64,000 nucleotides of DNA. It comes from Malacoraja senta (lineage: Eukaryota). The notes under the pieces were generated by a model. The model was not told the origin of the DNA. It was given only the letters and a program-made list of their open reading frames with translations, and searched no databases. Each line of letters begins with the position of its first letter. Positions within the stretch are counted from its first letter, which is position 1. Both the position numbers and the translations under genes were made by a program. The DNA is taken from contig CM075993.1 in assembly GCA_038087875.1 (NCBI GenBank), positions 62,001-126,000 of the forward strand. The letters are read 5' to 3'. This document shows, in pieces, positions 12,386 through 25,627 of the stretch.

Positions 12386-13420
12386 TAATAATAATAATAA
12401 TGAATTTTATTTACGGGCGCCTTATACCGAGCTCTCAAGGACACCTTACAGAGATTTATAGGAAACATATAATCAGAATAAAAAAAATAAGTTATAAAGA
12501 CCAATACACAAATCAGGGACAGAATTCCTTCCAAAAACACAAAAAAGAAAATCAGAAGCACAATTTGAGGAGAGAGCAGCGGCAGCGAAGCCGCGCCAGC
12601 GTCCACTTTCCCCTCCGACCGCCATCTTGAACACAGACTAACAAATACAATTACAAACAATTACATACAAAAATCATCCCCCCACAATGATTTCCACTGT
12701 GGGGGAAGGCACAATGTCCAGTCCCCAGCCCCAGTTCACCCAAAAAAGTCAGGCCAAATGAAGCCCCCGCTATTGCCTCTACGGAAGCCCGATGATCCTG
12801 GCCGTTCTCGCCGGGTGATGTAGCCCCGGCGTCGGGAGAGTCCTCTAGTGGTTGGGCCACCTGGAACGGCCGCATCCCTCACCGGAGGCCACAACTACGG
12901 CTGGAATGGCCGATTTCCCGCAGGCGTCCGCAGCACCTGAAGCCGACAAGGCCGCGCCGATTTGGAGCTCAAGGCTCCCGGTGTTGGAGTCGGCGCCGCC
13001 GCCCGCGGATGGTCGCTCCACAGTCCCGCATCCCGGAGGTGTTGAGCTCGGCGGTCCAGCTCACCGGAGCTCCAGTGCATCGGTCCAGCGCGGCGACCCA
13101 GGCAAGGCATCCCCCGCACCGCTGCGCAATAGCGCTCCAGCGCCGTGCCGCTACCGAAGCTGAGGGTGCTTTGAGGTCCCCGCCAGGAAACGCCGCTCCA
13201 CGCCCGCTGGTAGGCCGCGAGGACGGGTCGACTGGGCAGCCGGAGAGAAGGCTGCCTCACCGACCAGATAGGGACCGGGAAGTGATTTCTCCTTGATCCC
13301 CCCACATCAAAAGGCAAAAAAAAGAAAAACAGAGATTTAAAGAAAACTAAAAAACTTGGGGAAAAAAAGTACAATTAACGGACGGCTGCTGTTTGGCAGC
13401 CGTTCCTCAAGATGGCTCCT
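12386..13420 (-). mobile_element. GC/CpG-rich non-autonomous retroelement with L2-like 3' tail
   Basis: Minus strand starts GGAGCCATCTTGAGGAACGG and ends CTGTAAGGTGTCCTTGAG...AAGGCGCCCGTAAATAAAATTC(ATT)n, an L2-type 3' end; no RT coding capacity. Confidence 0.6.
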
Positions 13421-14318
13421 GAGGTGCATGTGCATATAAGTATGTGTGTACTGTGTGTTTGTATACATGCATGTGCGTATGTACATATGTGTGTATGTAC
13501 ATGTGTGTATATGTATCTGTCTGTGTGTATGTGTGTACGTACTTGTGTGTATGTGTGTATATGTATCTGTCTGTGTGTATGTGTGTACGTACATGTGTGT
13601 ATGTGTGTATATCTACCTGTCTGTGTGTATGTGTGGGTATGTATGTGTCTGTGTGTATATGTATCTGTCTGTGTGTATGTGTGGGTATCTATGTGTCTGT
13701 GCCTGTGTGTGTACATGCCTGGGTGATTTGGCTCAGAGAGAGTTAAATAGAGCTCTAGGGGCTGATGGAGTCAAGGGATATGGGGAGAAGGCAGGCACGG
13801 GTTATTGATAGGGAGCCATGATCACAATGAATGGCGGTGCTGGCTCGAAGGGCCGAATGGCCTCCTCCTGAGGTGCATGTGCATATAAGTATGTGTGTAC
13901 TGTGTGTTTGTATACATGCATGTGCGTATGTACATATGTGTGTATGTACATGTGTGTATATGTATCTGTCTGTGTGTATGTGTGTACGTACTTGTGTGTA
14001 TGTGTGTATATGTATCTGTCTGTGTGTATGTGTGTACGTACATGTGTGTATGTGTGTATATCTACCTGTCTGTGTGTATGTGTGGGTATGTATGTGTCTG
14101 TGTGTATATGTATCTGTCTGTGTGTATGTGTGGGTATCTATGTGTCTGTGCCTGTGTGTGTACATGCCTGGGTGATTTGGCTCAGAGAGAGTTAGATAGA
14201 GCTCTAGGGGCTGATGGAGTCAAGGGATATGGGGAGAAGGCAGGCACGGGTTATTGATAGGGAGCCATGATCACAATGAATGGCGGTGCTGGCTCGAAGG
14301 GCCGAATGGCCTCCTCCT
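13415..14318. repeat. Tandem duplication of a 449-bp unit (TG-rich tract + CR1 3' end)
   Basis: Identical ORFs at offset 449 (13444/13893); junction falls in shared CTCCTG. Confidence 0.95.
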
Positions 14319-14414
14319 GCACCTATTTTCTATGTTTCTATGTTTCTATGTTTATCCAGGGTGCACATGTGAGTGCATTCTGATATATTGGGGCATCATC
14401 AGCCCAACATAGAA

Positions 14415-14965
14415 ACAGTTTTGGTCTCCTAATCTGAGGAAGGACATTTTTGCCATAGAGGGAGTACAGAGAAGGTTCACCAGACTGATTCCTGGGATGG
14501 CAGGACTTTCATATGAAGAAAGACTGGATAGACTCGGCTTGTACTCGCTGGAATTTAGAATACTGAGGAGGGGTCTTATATAAACTTACAAAATTCTTAA
14601 GGGGTTGGACAGGCTAGATGCAGGAAGATTGTTCCCGATGTTGGGGAAGTCCAGAACAAGGGGTCACAGTTTAAGGATAAAGGGGAAATCTTTTAGGATT
14701 GAGATGAGAAAAACATTTTTTACACAGAGAGTGGTGAATCTCTGGAATTCTCTGCCACAGAATGTAGTTGAGGCCAGTTCATTGGCTATATTTAAGAGGG
14801 AGTTAGATGTGGCCCTTGTGGCTAAAGGGATCAGGGGGTATGGAGAGAAGGCAGGTACAGGATACTGAGTTGGATGAGCAGCCATGATTATATTGAATGG
14901 CGGTGCAGGCTCGAAGGGCCAAATGGCCTACTCCTGCACCTATTTTCTATGTTTCTATGTTTCTA
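14415..14965 (+). mobile_element. CR1 3' fragment containing the left breakpoint of the segmental duplication
   Basis: ORF 14605-14868 (TRGHSL...FFTQRVVNLWNSLP), 3' UTR and (TTTCTATG)n tail. Confidence 0.9.
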
Positions 14966-15496
14966 TCCTCGAAAAATTCTATAAGATTCGTCAGACATGA
15001 TTTACCTTTCATAAATCCATGCTTACTTTGTCCAATGATTTCACCACTTTCCAAATGTGCTGCTATCCCATCTTTAATAACTGACTCTAGCAGTTTTCCC
15101 ACTACCGATGTTATACTAACTGGTCTGTAATTCCCTGTTTTCCCTCTCCCTCCCTTTTCAAAAATAAAATTGACAGTCTCACTGATGTGAAAGGTCTTTA
15201 TTTTGCATTAAATAAAACGTTTGTACTTGGTTTGCAGCTGGAAAGGTAAGGTTGCAGACAACTTTCACACGTTATGTGTTTGACGGTTGAACTCCGTCTC
15301 CAAAAGCCCAAACAGTAAATATGCATGAGGACAGGCAATTAACTCATGTATTGTTTGTCCGCTGTTTGTTTTGAACTGTGAATCCTATCTTCAAGAAGGA
15401 CCACATTAAATATGCAGAATGCAGGCAATTAAAACAGGACGTCAATTGCAAAGGCCTCAATGGCTTGTAAGTGCATGTCTGTTTAATAAGAAACGC

Positions 15497-18400
15497 TGAA
15501 ACATAGAAAATAGATGCAGGAGGAGGCCATTCGTCCCTTCGAGCCAGCACCTCCATTCATTGTGATCATGGCTGATCGTCCCCAATCAATAACCCGTGCC
15601 TGCCTTCTCCCCATATCCCTTGATACCACTAGCCCCTAGAGCTCTATCTAACTCTCTCTTAAATCCATCCAGTGTTTTGGCCTCCACTGCCCTCTGTGGC
15701 AGGGAATTCCACAAATTCACAACTCCCTGGGTGAAAAAGTTTCTTCTCACCTCAGTCTTAAATGGCCTCCCCTTTATTCTAAGACTGTGGCCCCTGGTTC
15801 TGGACTCGCCCAACATTGGGAACATTTTTCCTGCATCTAGCTTGTCCAGTCCTTTTATAATTTTATAAGTTTCTATAAGATAACCCCTCATCCTTCTAAA
15901 CTTGAGTGAATACAAGCCTAGTCTTTTCAATCTTTCCTCATATGACAGTCCAGCCATCGCAGGGATCAATCTCGTGAACCAACGCTGCACTGCCTCAATC
16001 ACAAGGATGTCCTTCCTCAAATTAGGAGACCAAAACTGTACCCAATACTCACCAGAGCCCTGTACAACTGCAGAAGAACCTCGTTACTCCTATTCTGAAG
16101 TCCTCTTGTTATGAAGGCCAACATTCCATTAGCTCAATGAGTTCCGTGCCCACCAGACTTGGAGCTCTTCTACCGTCGCCTCCGCCTCACTGCATTCTTC
16201 CATGGGAAGGAGTCCTCGCCCCCTATTGTTGATCCCTTTTCCCGTCTCCAACGGACCCCCTCCTCTTGGACCCCCACTCATGGCCTTCCGGCTTTAGACC
16301 TTTTTATTCAAAACTGCCAGCGGGACATCAACCCCCTCAACTTCTCCACTCCCCTGTCTCACTCCAACCTCTCCCCCCCTGAACGTACAGTCATCGACTC
16401 ACTCCGCAACAACCCAGACAGGCTGATCAAACTCGCCGACAAGGGAGGTGCCGTGGTAATCTGGCGCGTCGATCTCTACAAAGCTGAGGCCACGCGCCAA
16501 CTCTCGGACACCTCCTCCTACTTACCCCTGGACCATGACCCCACTGACGAGCACCAGGCCACTATCTCCAGCACCGACTTCATCCACTCCCACGCCCTGC
16601 CCGACTGAGCCTCAAACCTCATCGTTCCCCAGCCCCGCACAGCCCGATTTTACCTTCTCCCCAAAATCCACAAACTGGACTGTCCTGGTAGACCCATTGT
16701 CTGCCTGTATGTGCCCCACCGAACTTATTTCCACATACCTCGACTCCATCCTATCCCCCCTGGTTAAATCCCTCCCTACCTATGTTCAAGACACCTCAGA
16801 CACTCTCCGTCATCTCCGGGCATTCCATTCTCTAGGCCCCCATCCCCTCATCTTCACCATGGATATCCAGTCACTCTACACCTCCATCCCCCACCAGGAT
16901 TGTCTCAAAGCCCTCCGGTTCTTCCTCGACCGGAGAACCAACCAATCCCCGTCTACAGATACTCTCCTCCGCCTAGCGGAGCTGGTCCTTACCCTCAATA
17001 ACTTCTCGTTTAACTCCTCCCATTTCCTCCAAATACAAGGCGTAGCTAAGGGGACACGCATGGGCCCCAGCTACGCCTGCCTCTTTGTAGGGTACGTCGA
17101 ACAATCCTTGTTCGAGACGTACCAGGGCCCCATCCCCGACCTCTACCTCCGCTACATCGACGACTGCATTGGTGCCACCTCCTGCACCCACACACAACTG
17201 ACTGACTTCATCCGCTTCACCACTAACTTCCATCTGGCACTCAAATACACCTGGACCATTTCCGACACTTCCCTACCATTCCTTGACCTCACTATCTCCA
17301 TCGTAGGTGATAGCCTTCTGATCGACATCCACGATAAACCCACTGACTCCCTATGGCTATCTAGACTACACTTCTTCCCACCCTGCTTCCTGTAAGGACT
17401 CCATCCCCTATTCCTCCGTCTACGCCGCATCTGCTCCCAGGTTGAGGTGTTCCACACCAGGGCATCGGAGATGTCCTCATTCTTCAGGGAACGGGGGTTC
17501 CCCTCCCCTACTATAGATGAGGCTCTCACCAGGGTCTCTTCCATACCCCGTAACACTGCTCTCTCTCCCCATCCCCCCACTCGTAACAAGAGCAGAGTCC
17601 CCCTAATCCTCACCTTTCACCCCACTAACCGTCACATACAACAAATAGTCCTCCGACATTTTCGCCACCTCCAACGTGACCCCACCACTCGCCACATCTT
17701 CCCATCTCCCCCCCCTGTCTGCTTTCCGCAGAGAACGCTCCCTCCGTAACTCCCTGGTCAATTCTTCCCTTCCCTCCCGCACCACCCCCTCCCCGGGCAC
17801 TTTCCCTTGCAACGGCAGTAAATGCTACATTTGTCGATTTACCTCCCCCCTCGACTCCATCCAAGGACCCAAGCAGTCGTTCCAGGTGCGGCAGAGGTTC
17901 ACCTGCATCTCCTCCAACCTCATCTATTGCATCCACTGCTCTAGATGTCAGCTGATCTACATCGGTGAGACCAAGCGGAGGCTTGGCGATCGTTTCGCCG
18001 AACACCTCCGCTCGGTCCGCATTAACCAACCTGATCTCCCGGTGGCTCAGCACTTCAACTCCCCCTCCCATTCCGAATCTGACCTTTCTGTCCTGGGCCT
18101 CCTCCATGGCCAGAGTGAGGCCCACCGGAAATTGGAGGAGCAGCACCTCATATTCCGCTTGGGCAGTTTGCACTCTAGTGGCATAAACATTGACTTCTCC
18201 AATATCCGGTAGCCCTTGCTGTCTCCTCCCCTTCTCAGCTCTCGCTCAGCCCTCGGGCTCCTCCTCACTCAACCTGTCCAGGTCACCCTGCAACCTCCTA
18301 ACATCCTCATCACAGTTCACACTGCCATCTAACTTGCTAGTGTTGCTCCAAATTCCCTCTTCCAAATCATTAATATATATGGTAAACAGTTGCGACTCCA

Positions 18401-21400
18401 ACACTGAGCTTTGTGGCACTCCACTCACCACCGCCTGCCATTCTGAAAAGGACCCGTTCACTCCTACTCTTTGCTTCCTGTCTGCCAACCAATTTTCTAT
18501 CCATGTCAACACCCTACCCCCAATACCATGTGCTCTAATTTTAGTCACCAGTCTCCAGTGTGGGACCTTATCAAAAGCTTTCTGAAACTCTAGATACACT
18601 ACATCCACCGGCTCCCCTTCATCCATTTTACTTGTCACATCCTCAAACAATTCCAGAAGATTGGTCAAGCATGATTTTCCTTTCACAAATCCATGTTGAC
18701 TTGGACTAATCCTTTTACTGCTATCCAAATGCCCCATTATTACCTCTTTAATAATTGACTCCAGCGTCTTTCCCACCACCAAAGTCAGGCTAACTGGTCT
18801 GTAATTCCCCGTTTTCTCTCCCGCTCCTTTCTTGAAAAGTGGGATAATATTAGCTATCCTCCAATCCACAGGAACTGATCCTGAGTCTATTGAACATTGG
18901 AAAATGATCACCAATGCGTCCACTATTTCTAGAGCCACCTCCCCGAGGACCCTGGGATGCAGACCATCAGGCCCAGGGAATTTATCATCCTTCAGTCCCA
19001 TTAGCCTACCCAATACTATTTCTCGCCTAATGAACATTTCTTTCAGTTCCTCTACCCCCTTAGATCCTCTGTCCTCCAGTACATCTGGGAGATTGTTTGT
19101 GTCTTCCTTAGTGAAGACAGATCCAAAGTACCTATTCAAATCTTCTGCCATTTCCTTGTTACCCATAATAATTTCACCTGTGTCTGCCTTCAAGGGACCC
19201 ACATTTGATTTTGCTACTCTTTTTCCCTTAACATATCTAATGAAGCTTTTACTGTCCTTCTTTATATTCCTGGCCAGCGTACTTCATCTTTTTAGCCCGT
19301 ATTGCCCGTTTTGTTTCCTTCTGTTGTCCTATGAAAGTTTCCTAATCCTCTGGCTTCCGGCTACTCTTTGCTGTGTTATACATCTTTTCTTTTAGTTTTA
19401 TTCTATCCCTAACTTCTCTTGTCAGCCACGACTCCCCTTAGAATCTTTCTTCCTTTTTGGAATGAAATTATCCTGCGTCTTCCGGATTATGCCCAGAAAT
19501 TCCTGCCATTGCTGTTCCACCATCATTCCTGCTAGGATCCCTTTCCAGTCTACCTTGGCCAGCTCCCCTCTCATGCCTTCATAGTCCCCTTTGTTCAACA
19601 CCATCACTGCCACTTCCGATTTAACATTCTCCTTCTCAAATTGCAGATTAAAACTAATCATATTATGATCACTACCTCCAAGCGGTTCCTTTACCTCGAG
19701 TTCTCTTTATCATATCTGGTTCATTGGACAACACTAAATCCAGAATTGCCTTTTCTCTGGTCGGCTCCATTACAAGCTGCTCTAAGAATCCATCTCGGAG
19801 GCATTCTACAAACTCTCTTTCTTGGGGTCCTGAACCAACCTGATTTTCCCAGTCTACCTGCATATTGAAATCCCCCATCACCACAGTGGCATTACCTTTG
19901 TTACATGCCAGTTTTAACTCTTGCTGCAACTTACACCCTACATCCGGGCTACTATTTGGGGGTCTGTAAATAACACCAATTAGTGTCTTCTTCCCTTTAC
20001 AATTCCTCAACTCAATCCACAGTGACTCTACCTCGTCAGTCCCTATGTCTTCCCTCACAAGGAACTGAATTCCATCCCTCACCAGCAGAGCTACCCCTCC
20101 CCCCTCCTCTGCCCACCTGCCTGTCCTTTCTATAGGATGTATAACCCTGAATATTAAGTTCCCAGGCCCGAGCCTCCTGCAGCCACGTCTCGGTAATCCC
20201 TACAATGTCATATCTACCAACCTCTAACTGAGCCTCAAGCTCATCTACTTTACTTCTTATACTTCGCGCATTCAAATACAATACTTTTAATTCCTTATGC
20301 ATCTCACCTTTCACATCGATCCTTATTGCACTTGGCCATACTCTCCTATCCCTTTGTGAGCTTCCTTTCCCATTAATTCTGGGGTCATTAACCATCCCTT
20401 TAACTCCATCCTCGATAATCCCATTTGACACCCCCCCCCCCCCCTTATTTAGTTTTAAACCACCTGTGTAGCAGTGGCAAACCTGCCTGCCAGAATGCCG
20501 GTCCCCCGCCTGTTAAGGTGCAATCCGTCCCTTTTGTACAGTTCCCCCTTCTCCAAAACAGATCCCAGTGGGCTAAAATCTAAATCCCTGCCCCCTGCAC
20601 AAGTTCCCCAGCCATGCATTCAGGTCCCGTATCTCCCTGTTCCTGCTCTCGCCAGCACGAGGAACTGGAAGCAAACCGGAGATAACCACCCTGGAAGTCC
20701 TGCTTTTCAGCATTTTTCTGAGCTCTCTAAAGTCACGCTTCAGAATATTCATCCCCTTCTTTCCGACATCGTTTGTGCCAACATGCACTACAACTTCTGG
20801 CTGTCCAGTCCTTTTATAATTTTATAAGTTTCTATAAGATAATCCCTCATCCTTCTAAACTTGAGTGAATACAAGCCTAGTCTTTTCAATCTTTCCTCAT
20901 ATGACAGTCCAGCCATCGCAGGGATCAATCTCGTGAACCAACGCTGCACTGCCTCAATCACAAGGATGTCCTTCCTCAAATTAGGAGACCAAAACTGTAC
21001 CCAATACTCCAGATGTGGTCTCACCAGAGCCCTGTACAACTGCAGAAGAACCTCGTTACTCCTATTCTGAAGTCCTCTTGTTATGAAGGCCAACATTCCA
21101 TTAGCTCAATGAGTTCCGTGCCCACCAGACTTGGAGCTCTTCTACCGTCGCCTCCGCCTCACTGCGTTCTTCCATGGGAAGGAGTCCTCGCCCTATTCAA
21201 AGTACCTATTCAACTCTTCTGCCATTTCCTTGTTACCCATAATAATTTCACCTGTGTCTGCCTTCAAGGGACCCACATTTGATTTTGCTACTCTTTTTCC
21301 CTTAACATATCTAATGAAGCTTTTACTGTCCTTCTTTATATTCCTGGCCAGCTTCCCTTCGTACTTCATCTTTTTAGCCCGTATTGCCCGTTTTGTTTCC

Positions 21401-21745
21401 TTCTGTCCTATGAAAGTTTCCCAATCCTCTGGCTTCCGGCTACTCTTTGCTGTGTTATACATCTTTTCTTTTAGTTTTATTCTATCCCTAACTTCTCTTG
21501 TCAGCCACGGTTGCCTCCTACTCCCCTTAGAATCTTTCTTCCTTTTTGGAATGAAATTATCCTGCGTCTTCCGGATTATGCCCAGAAATTCCTGCCATTG
21601 CTGTTCCACCATCATTCCTGCTAGGATCCCTTTCCAGTCTACCTTGTTCACCTTCGCTCTTGAGGATTTTCTCCACTCTGTCCGTGACATCCTGGATCCT
21701 GGCACCTGGTAGGCAGCACACCATCCTCGCATCCCGTCTGTTGCC
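15497..21745 (-). mobile_element. Long CR1 LINE (ORF1 SGNH esterase fragment + ORF2 APE/RT), interrupted by Penelope and a templated insertion
   Basis: ORF1 esterase HVGTND...VVISGLLP (20573-20788) and CLPGARIQDV near 21700; APE YLNARSI, ITETWL, GDFN (19672-20431); RT 18246-19202; 3' end 15497-16133. Confidence 0.93.
16134..18265 (+). mobile_element. Penelope-like element (Neptune-type), RT + GIY-YIG endonuclease, degraded
   Basis: ADKGGAVVI, TMDIQSLYTSIP, GTRMGPSYA, YLRYIDD; Cys linker PCNGSKCYIC; NLIYCIHC...IYIGETKRRLGDRFAEH. Confidence 0.95.
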
Positions 21746-21764
21746 TCACGTCGTAGTTACAGTC

Positions 21765-24700
21765 ATGAGGCTCTGGACACATTGTAAAAATGATTCCAGC
21801 ATCAACAACAGAGCAGTGAGCAGGAGGTGGATGATCCTCTGGAGGGGACCTCTTCGCCGGGCCCATCCACCAGCATTCCAGGAGGCAGATGTTGCAGGAG
21901 AGCAACAGTGGCGGCACCACACCTGGAGGGGATGACGAAGGGAGATGTTTTAAAGACAACTTGACTGTTGTAAGTACATAGAGTTAGAAGTCAGCACATT
22001 TCAATTCTCATTCGCCAATGCATCCATCCATTCACCATTGCGCTCTTAACATGGGTTCTTATGTTTCAGCTCACTGACCTTGTAAAAGGTATAAAAGTGA
22101 TGAGTGATGCACGCAGGGAAACGACACCGCAATACGACCATGTATTTACAGTCTGTGAGTGTGTGGCCTCAGTGATAACCAACAATCCCACAGGGAACGT
22201 GTGGGCGTTCACAAAACTTCTCTTGACTAATGCAATCGTCTACCACGAGAATGTAAATATGCCTTTTCAATTATAACTACTTCTGTTATCGCTTGGCTTC
22301 AATATCGTTACTTCTCATATGAGATTGTCACAATGATTTAATGTGTGTTGTTGTCTGCGCAGGAATTGAAAGAAGTGGCACATGAAACAGTGGTGCCGCG
22401 CCTCACATATCTACTGCCTCATCCTTTGCCCTATTTTGATCAGGTATTGAAAATCAGATGAACGCTTCCATTAGTGTAGTCCTTTGACATTGAAGTGCTC
22501 AGTGAGATTTTTTTAATGCATTGAGCTCCTCTAATATATGATTCTCTAATTCAAACGCAGTCAGCGAGGCTACAGGGAGTACACATTGCAACTGGGCACA
22601 GCCACATTACCAGGCAGCACAGGTATACAATTCAAAGTGTATGATTTTGTGTTAGATTGTAGTTTAACACTCCCTAATTTTTTGTATTATTATTGGGCAG
22701 CAAATGTCAAAAATGTGATTCACCTGTTGGACAACTCTGCCCAACGGATGGATTGGAGAGTAATGGAGAGAGAGGATTGCTCCCCTTTTAATATAGGAGC
22801 GATCCTTCTCTCACCAATAAAACTGAATAATACCATATACAGTAAAAATCCAATTATTCATAGTACAATTAGAATTTGGAAACAAATAAAATTAACCCTA
22901 AAATTAAGAAACCTATCGCTTCTCTCTCCCATAGTTAATAATCCGTCGTTTAAACCATCCATTATAGATAAATCATTTACACATTGGGAAAGAATAGGAA
23001 TTAAAACGTTTGGAGACATGTATGAAAATGGAATTTTTTTATCATTCCAACAACTACAACTTAAATACAATCTGAGAAGTAATCAATATTTTAAATATTT
23101 TCAAATCCGTGATTATTTGAAAAACTATACACAAGAATATCAAAATTTGTCTCCAGACCTATTAGACGAAGCAATGAATATAAAGGCGGAATCAACTAAT
23201 TTAATATCATACTTGTATAATATCATCCTAAATATAGAAATACCATCATCCGATAGTATTAGAAGAGTTTGGGAACAAGAACTAGCTATAGAAATCTCAA
23301 AAGAGAGTTGGGATAAACACTTGCTATATGTGCACAAATGCTCGATCAATGTAAGACAGCTTAAGGATAAGGGGGAAATCCTTTAAGACCGAGATGAGGA
23401 AAAACTGTTTCACACAGAGAGTGGTGAATCTCTGGAACTCTCTGCCACAGAGGGTAGTTGAGGCCAGTTCATTGGCTATATTTAAGAGGGAGTTAGATGT
23501 GGCCCTTGTGGCTAAAGGGATCAGGGGGTATGGAGAGAAGGCAGGTACGGGATACTGAGTTGGATAATCAGCCATGATCATATTGAATGGCGGTGCAGGC
23601 TCGAAGGGCCGAATGGCCTACTCCTGCACCTATTTTCTATGTATCTATGTATCTAAGACATATTCTAATCCAATTCAAAACCTTACATAGACTATATTAC
23701 TCAAAAACTAAAATAAGTAAATTTTATCCAGATGTCTCCCCCATCTGTGATAAATGTCTATCCCAAGAAGCAACTATAGAACATTCCTTTGTTTTTTTGT
23801 ATAAAAATCCAAAAAGTTTGGAATTAAATCTTTGAAATGTTTACAAAATTATTTAAAATAAAACTGAAACCGAAAGCAGAATTGATTATTTTTGGAACAA
23901 TGGAAGCCAGCTTTGAGCTGACTTCGTTCCAAAAGAGCTTCCTTAATTACGGCTTAATAATGGCAAAAAAACATACTTAAATTCTGGAAAAAACGCTCCC
24001 ACACCAACGATAAAAATGTGGATTTCAAATATGTCCGAACTGTTACACCTCGAAGACATGAGATTCCTCCTAGCAGGCAAATCAGACCATTCCAAAAGAT
24101 TTGGTCTCCATTTATCGACTTATTACAAGCATAGGGTGCAACATAACTTTGAAAATAACTGGTTTCAGGACCTGGTGAGGGGTGTGTAAAGATATGAAGT
24201 AGGTACATCCCTTTTATCTTATTTTACTTTCTTATATCTTCTGTTTTCTATTTTTCTCTTTCTTTTCCTTTGCTTTTCTTTTTAACTCTTTCTCGTGGTT
24301 TACGTTTCTCCGGGTTTCTCCTGATCACTCTTTCACGCACTTACTATCTTATCTAACTCTCTCTATTCTTCTCCTTTTTAAAGTTTAAAACAAGAAGTGG
24401 TACAGGAAATGTATTATGTTATTTTTGGCTTATATCACTGTAATGTACATTACTTCTAATAAATAAAATATTTTTAAAAAAGAAAAAGATTGTAGTTTAA
24501 ATAATTTTCATTCACAACCGCATAAGGCCATTAAACTAATTATCTTCCTTGAGTGATGTGATGCAAGAATAGTCAATGATTTGCCCGAAAAGACATCATA
24601 CATTTTCATAAAGTTTACAGTAAAATCTGGAATAACCCAACTGCACCTATTTAATGGTCTGCTAAAAAGCTTATAACATGTACTTCCTAATTCTTTTCCA

Positions 24701-24843
24701 AAGAACCCTACTCACTTTCACACATCTGCACCTGCTGTAACAGCCTTAACAGCATTGGCATCTGGATATGGAGACAGCTGTCTCCGTGGACAGAAAGAGC
24801 TGTGGATGAAGGGAGAGAGAGGCTCAGAGACATGGGTCTGTAG
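21765..24843 (+). pseudogene. Multi-exon gene relic, probably the accessory ORF of a Harbinger transposon. Exons about 21765-21969, 22070-22252, 22363-22443, 22561-22622, 24702-24843
   Basis: AG/GT boundaries; exons of 183 and 81 nt are open in phase 0 (LTDLVKGIK...YHEN; ELKEVAHE...YFDQ); diverged paralog at 51705-56472; last exon frameshifted here. Confidence 0.6.
22668..24486 (+). mobile_element. 5'-truncated L1 with poly(A) and 14-bp TSD AGATTGTAGTTTAA; nested CR1 3' fragment 23359-23653 (TSD TAAGACA)
   Basis: TSD at 22654-22667 and 24487-24500; L1 C-terminal ORF (LPNFLYYYWAA...HKCSIN); empty site at about 43204. Confidence 0.96.
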
Positions 24844-25627
24844 TAAAGTTTACCCTTTGATGTAGATTCTTATTTGTATGTTAATGCCGTTTTTTCCCTG
24901 TTTGAGATTGTTTTCATTTTGTTTGCAAACTCCCACATTTAGTAGTGGGTGATAGTTAAACAACTTTTTAAGAATCCATTTGATTCTCACCGTTTGTTCA
25001 TTTTAATATAATTCCATAGTATCATGACTTTAATGTACTATTTCCTTCATCATGAAACACCAAATAGAGGATGCGATCTACTCACATCTCACAATCATTT
25101 GCTGTGCCTTTTAAATGTAAAATAATTTTACCTCAGAAAATATGACAAACCGCACTGTGAATGTGAAAGTCTTTATTCATCTTGTTCAATAAATAAAGGC
25201 CATTTTTACACATCTTGATAAATGGAGCACCACAGCAAACAACGGTGGTTTGCAATAGGGCTTACCGTACATGTCAATTAGCAAATGAAACACAGAGAAG
25301 TTTTTCCAGTATTTCTTATCATTCAGCTGACAAATGAAGCACCAGCCTACATTCTGACAATAAAACAGACAATGCAATGAATTCAAGGGCTATGTTTGCA
25401 GATCTACCTACACTAATCAGACCAGCAGATGCATGATAAATACTACTTTATGAACAGACATCTGTAATGAAATTATTTACACAAAAATGAAAATAAAAAT
25501 CCACACTTAAACTGAAATCAAACAAATTCAGCAGGATTTAAACTAAACATAACATTCACTGATCTTGTCTGCATGTGGGTTCTCCTCATGCACTGGTGTA
25601 CCTGTTGTCTGCTGTCCCTCAAATGAC

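Noticed and set aside
11725..14257. Many Cys/Val/Tyr/His-rich ORFs
   Set aside because: Translations of TG/TA low-complexity tracts, open on both strands
21131..21732. 193-aa and 179-aa overlapping ORFs as a novel fusion protein
   Set aside because: Read-through across junctions of the templated Penelope/CR1 mosaic
22586..23386. 266-aa ORF as a host gene
   Set aside because: Chimera of flank, L1 ORF2 C-terminus and a CR1 fragment, as shown by the TSDs
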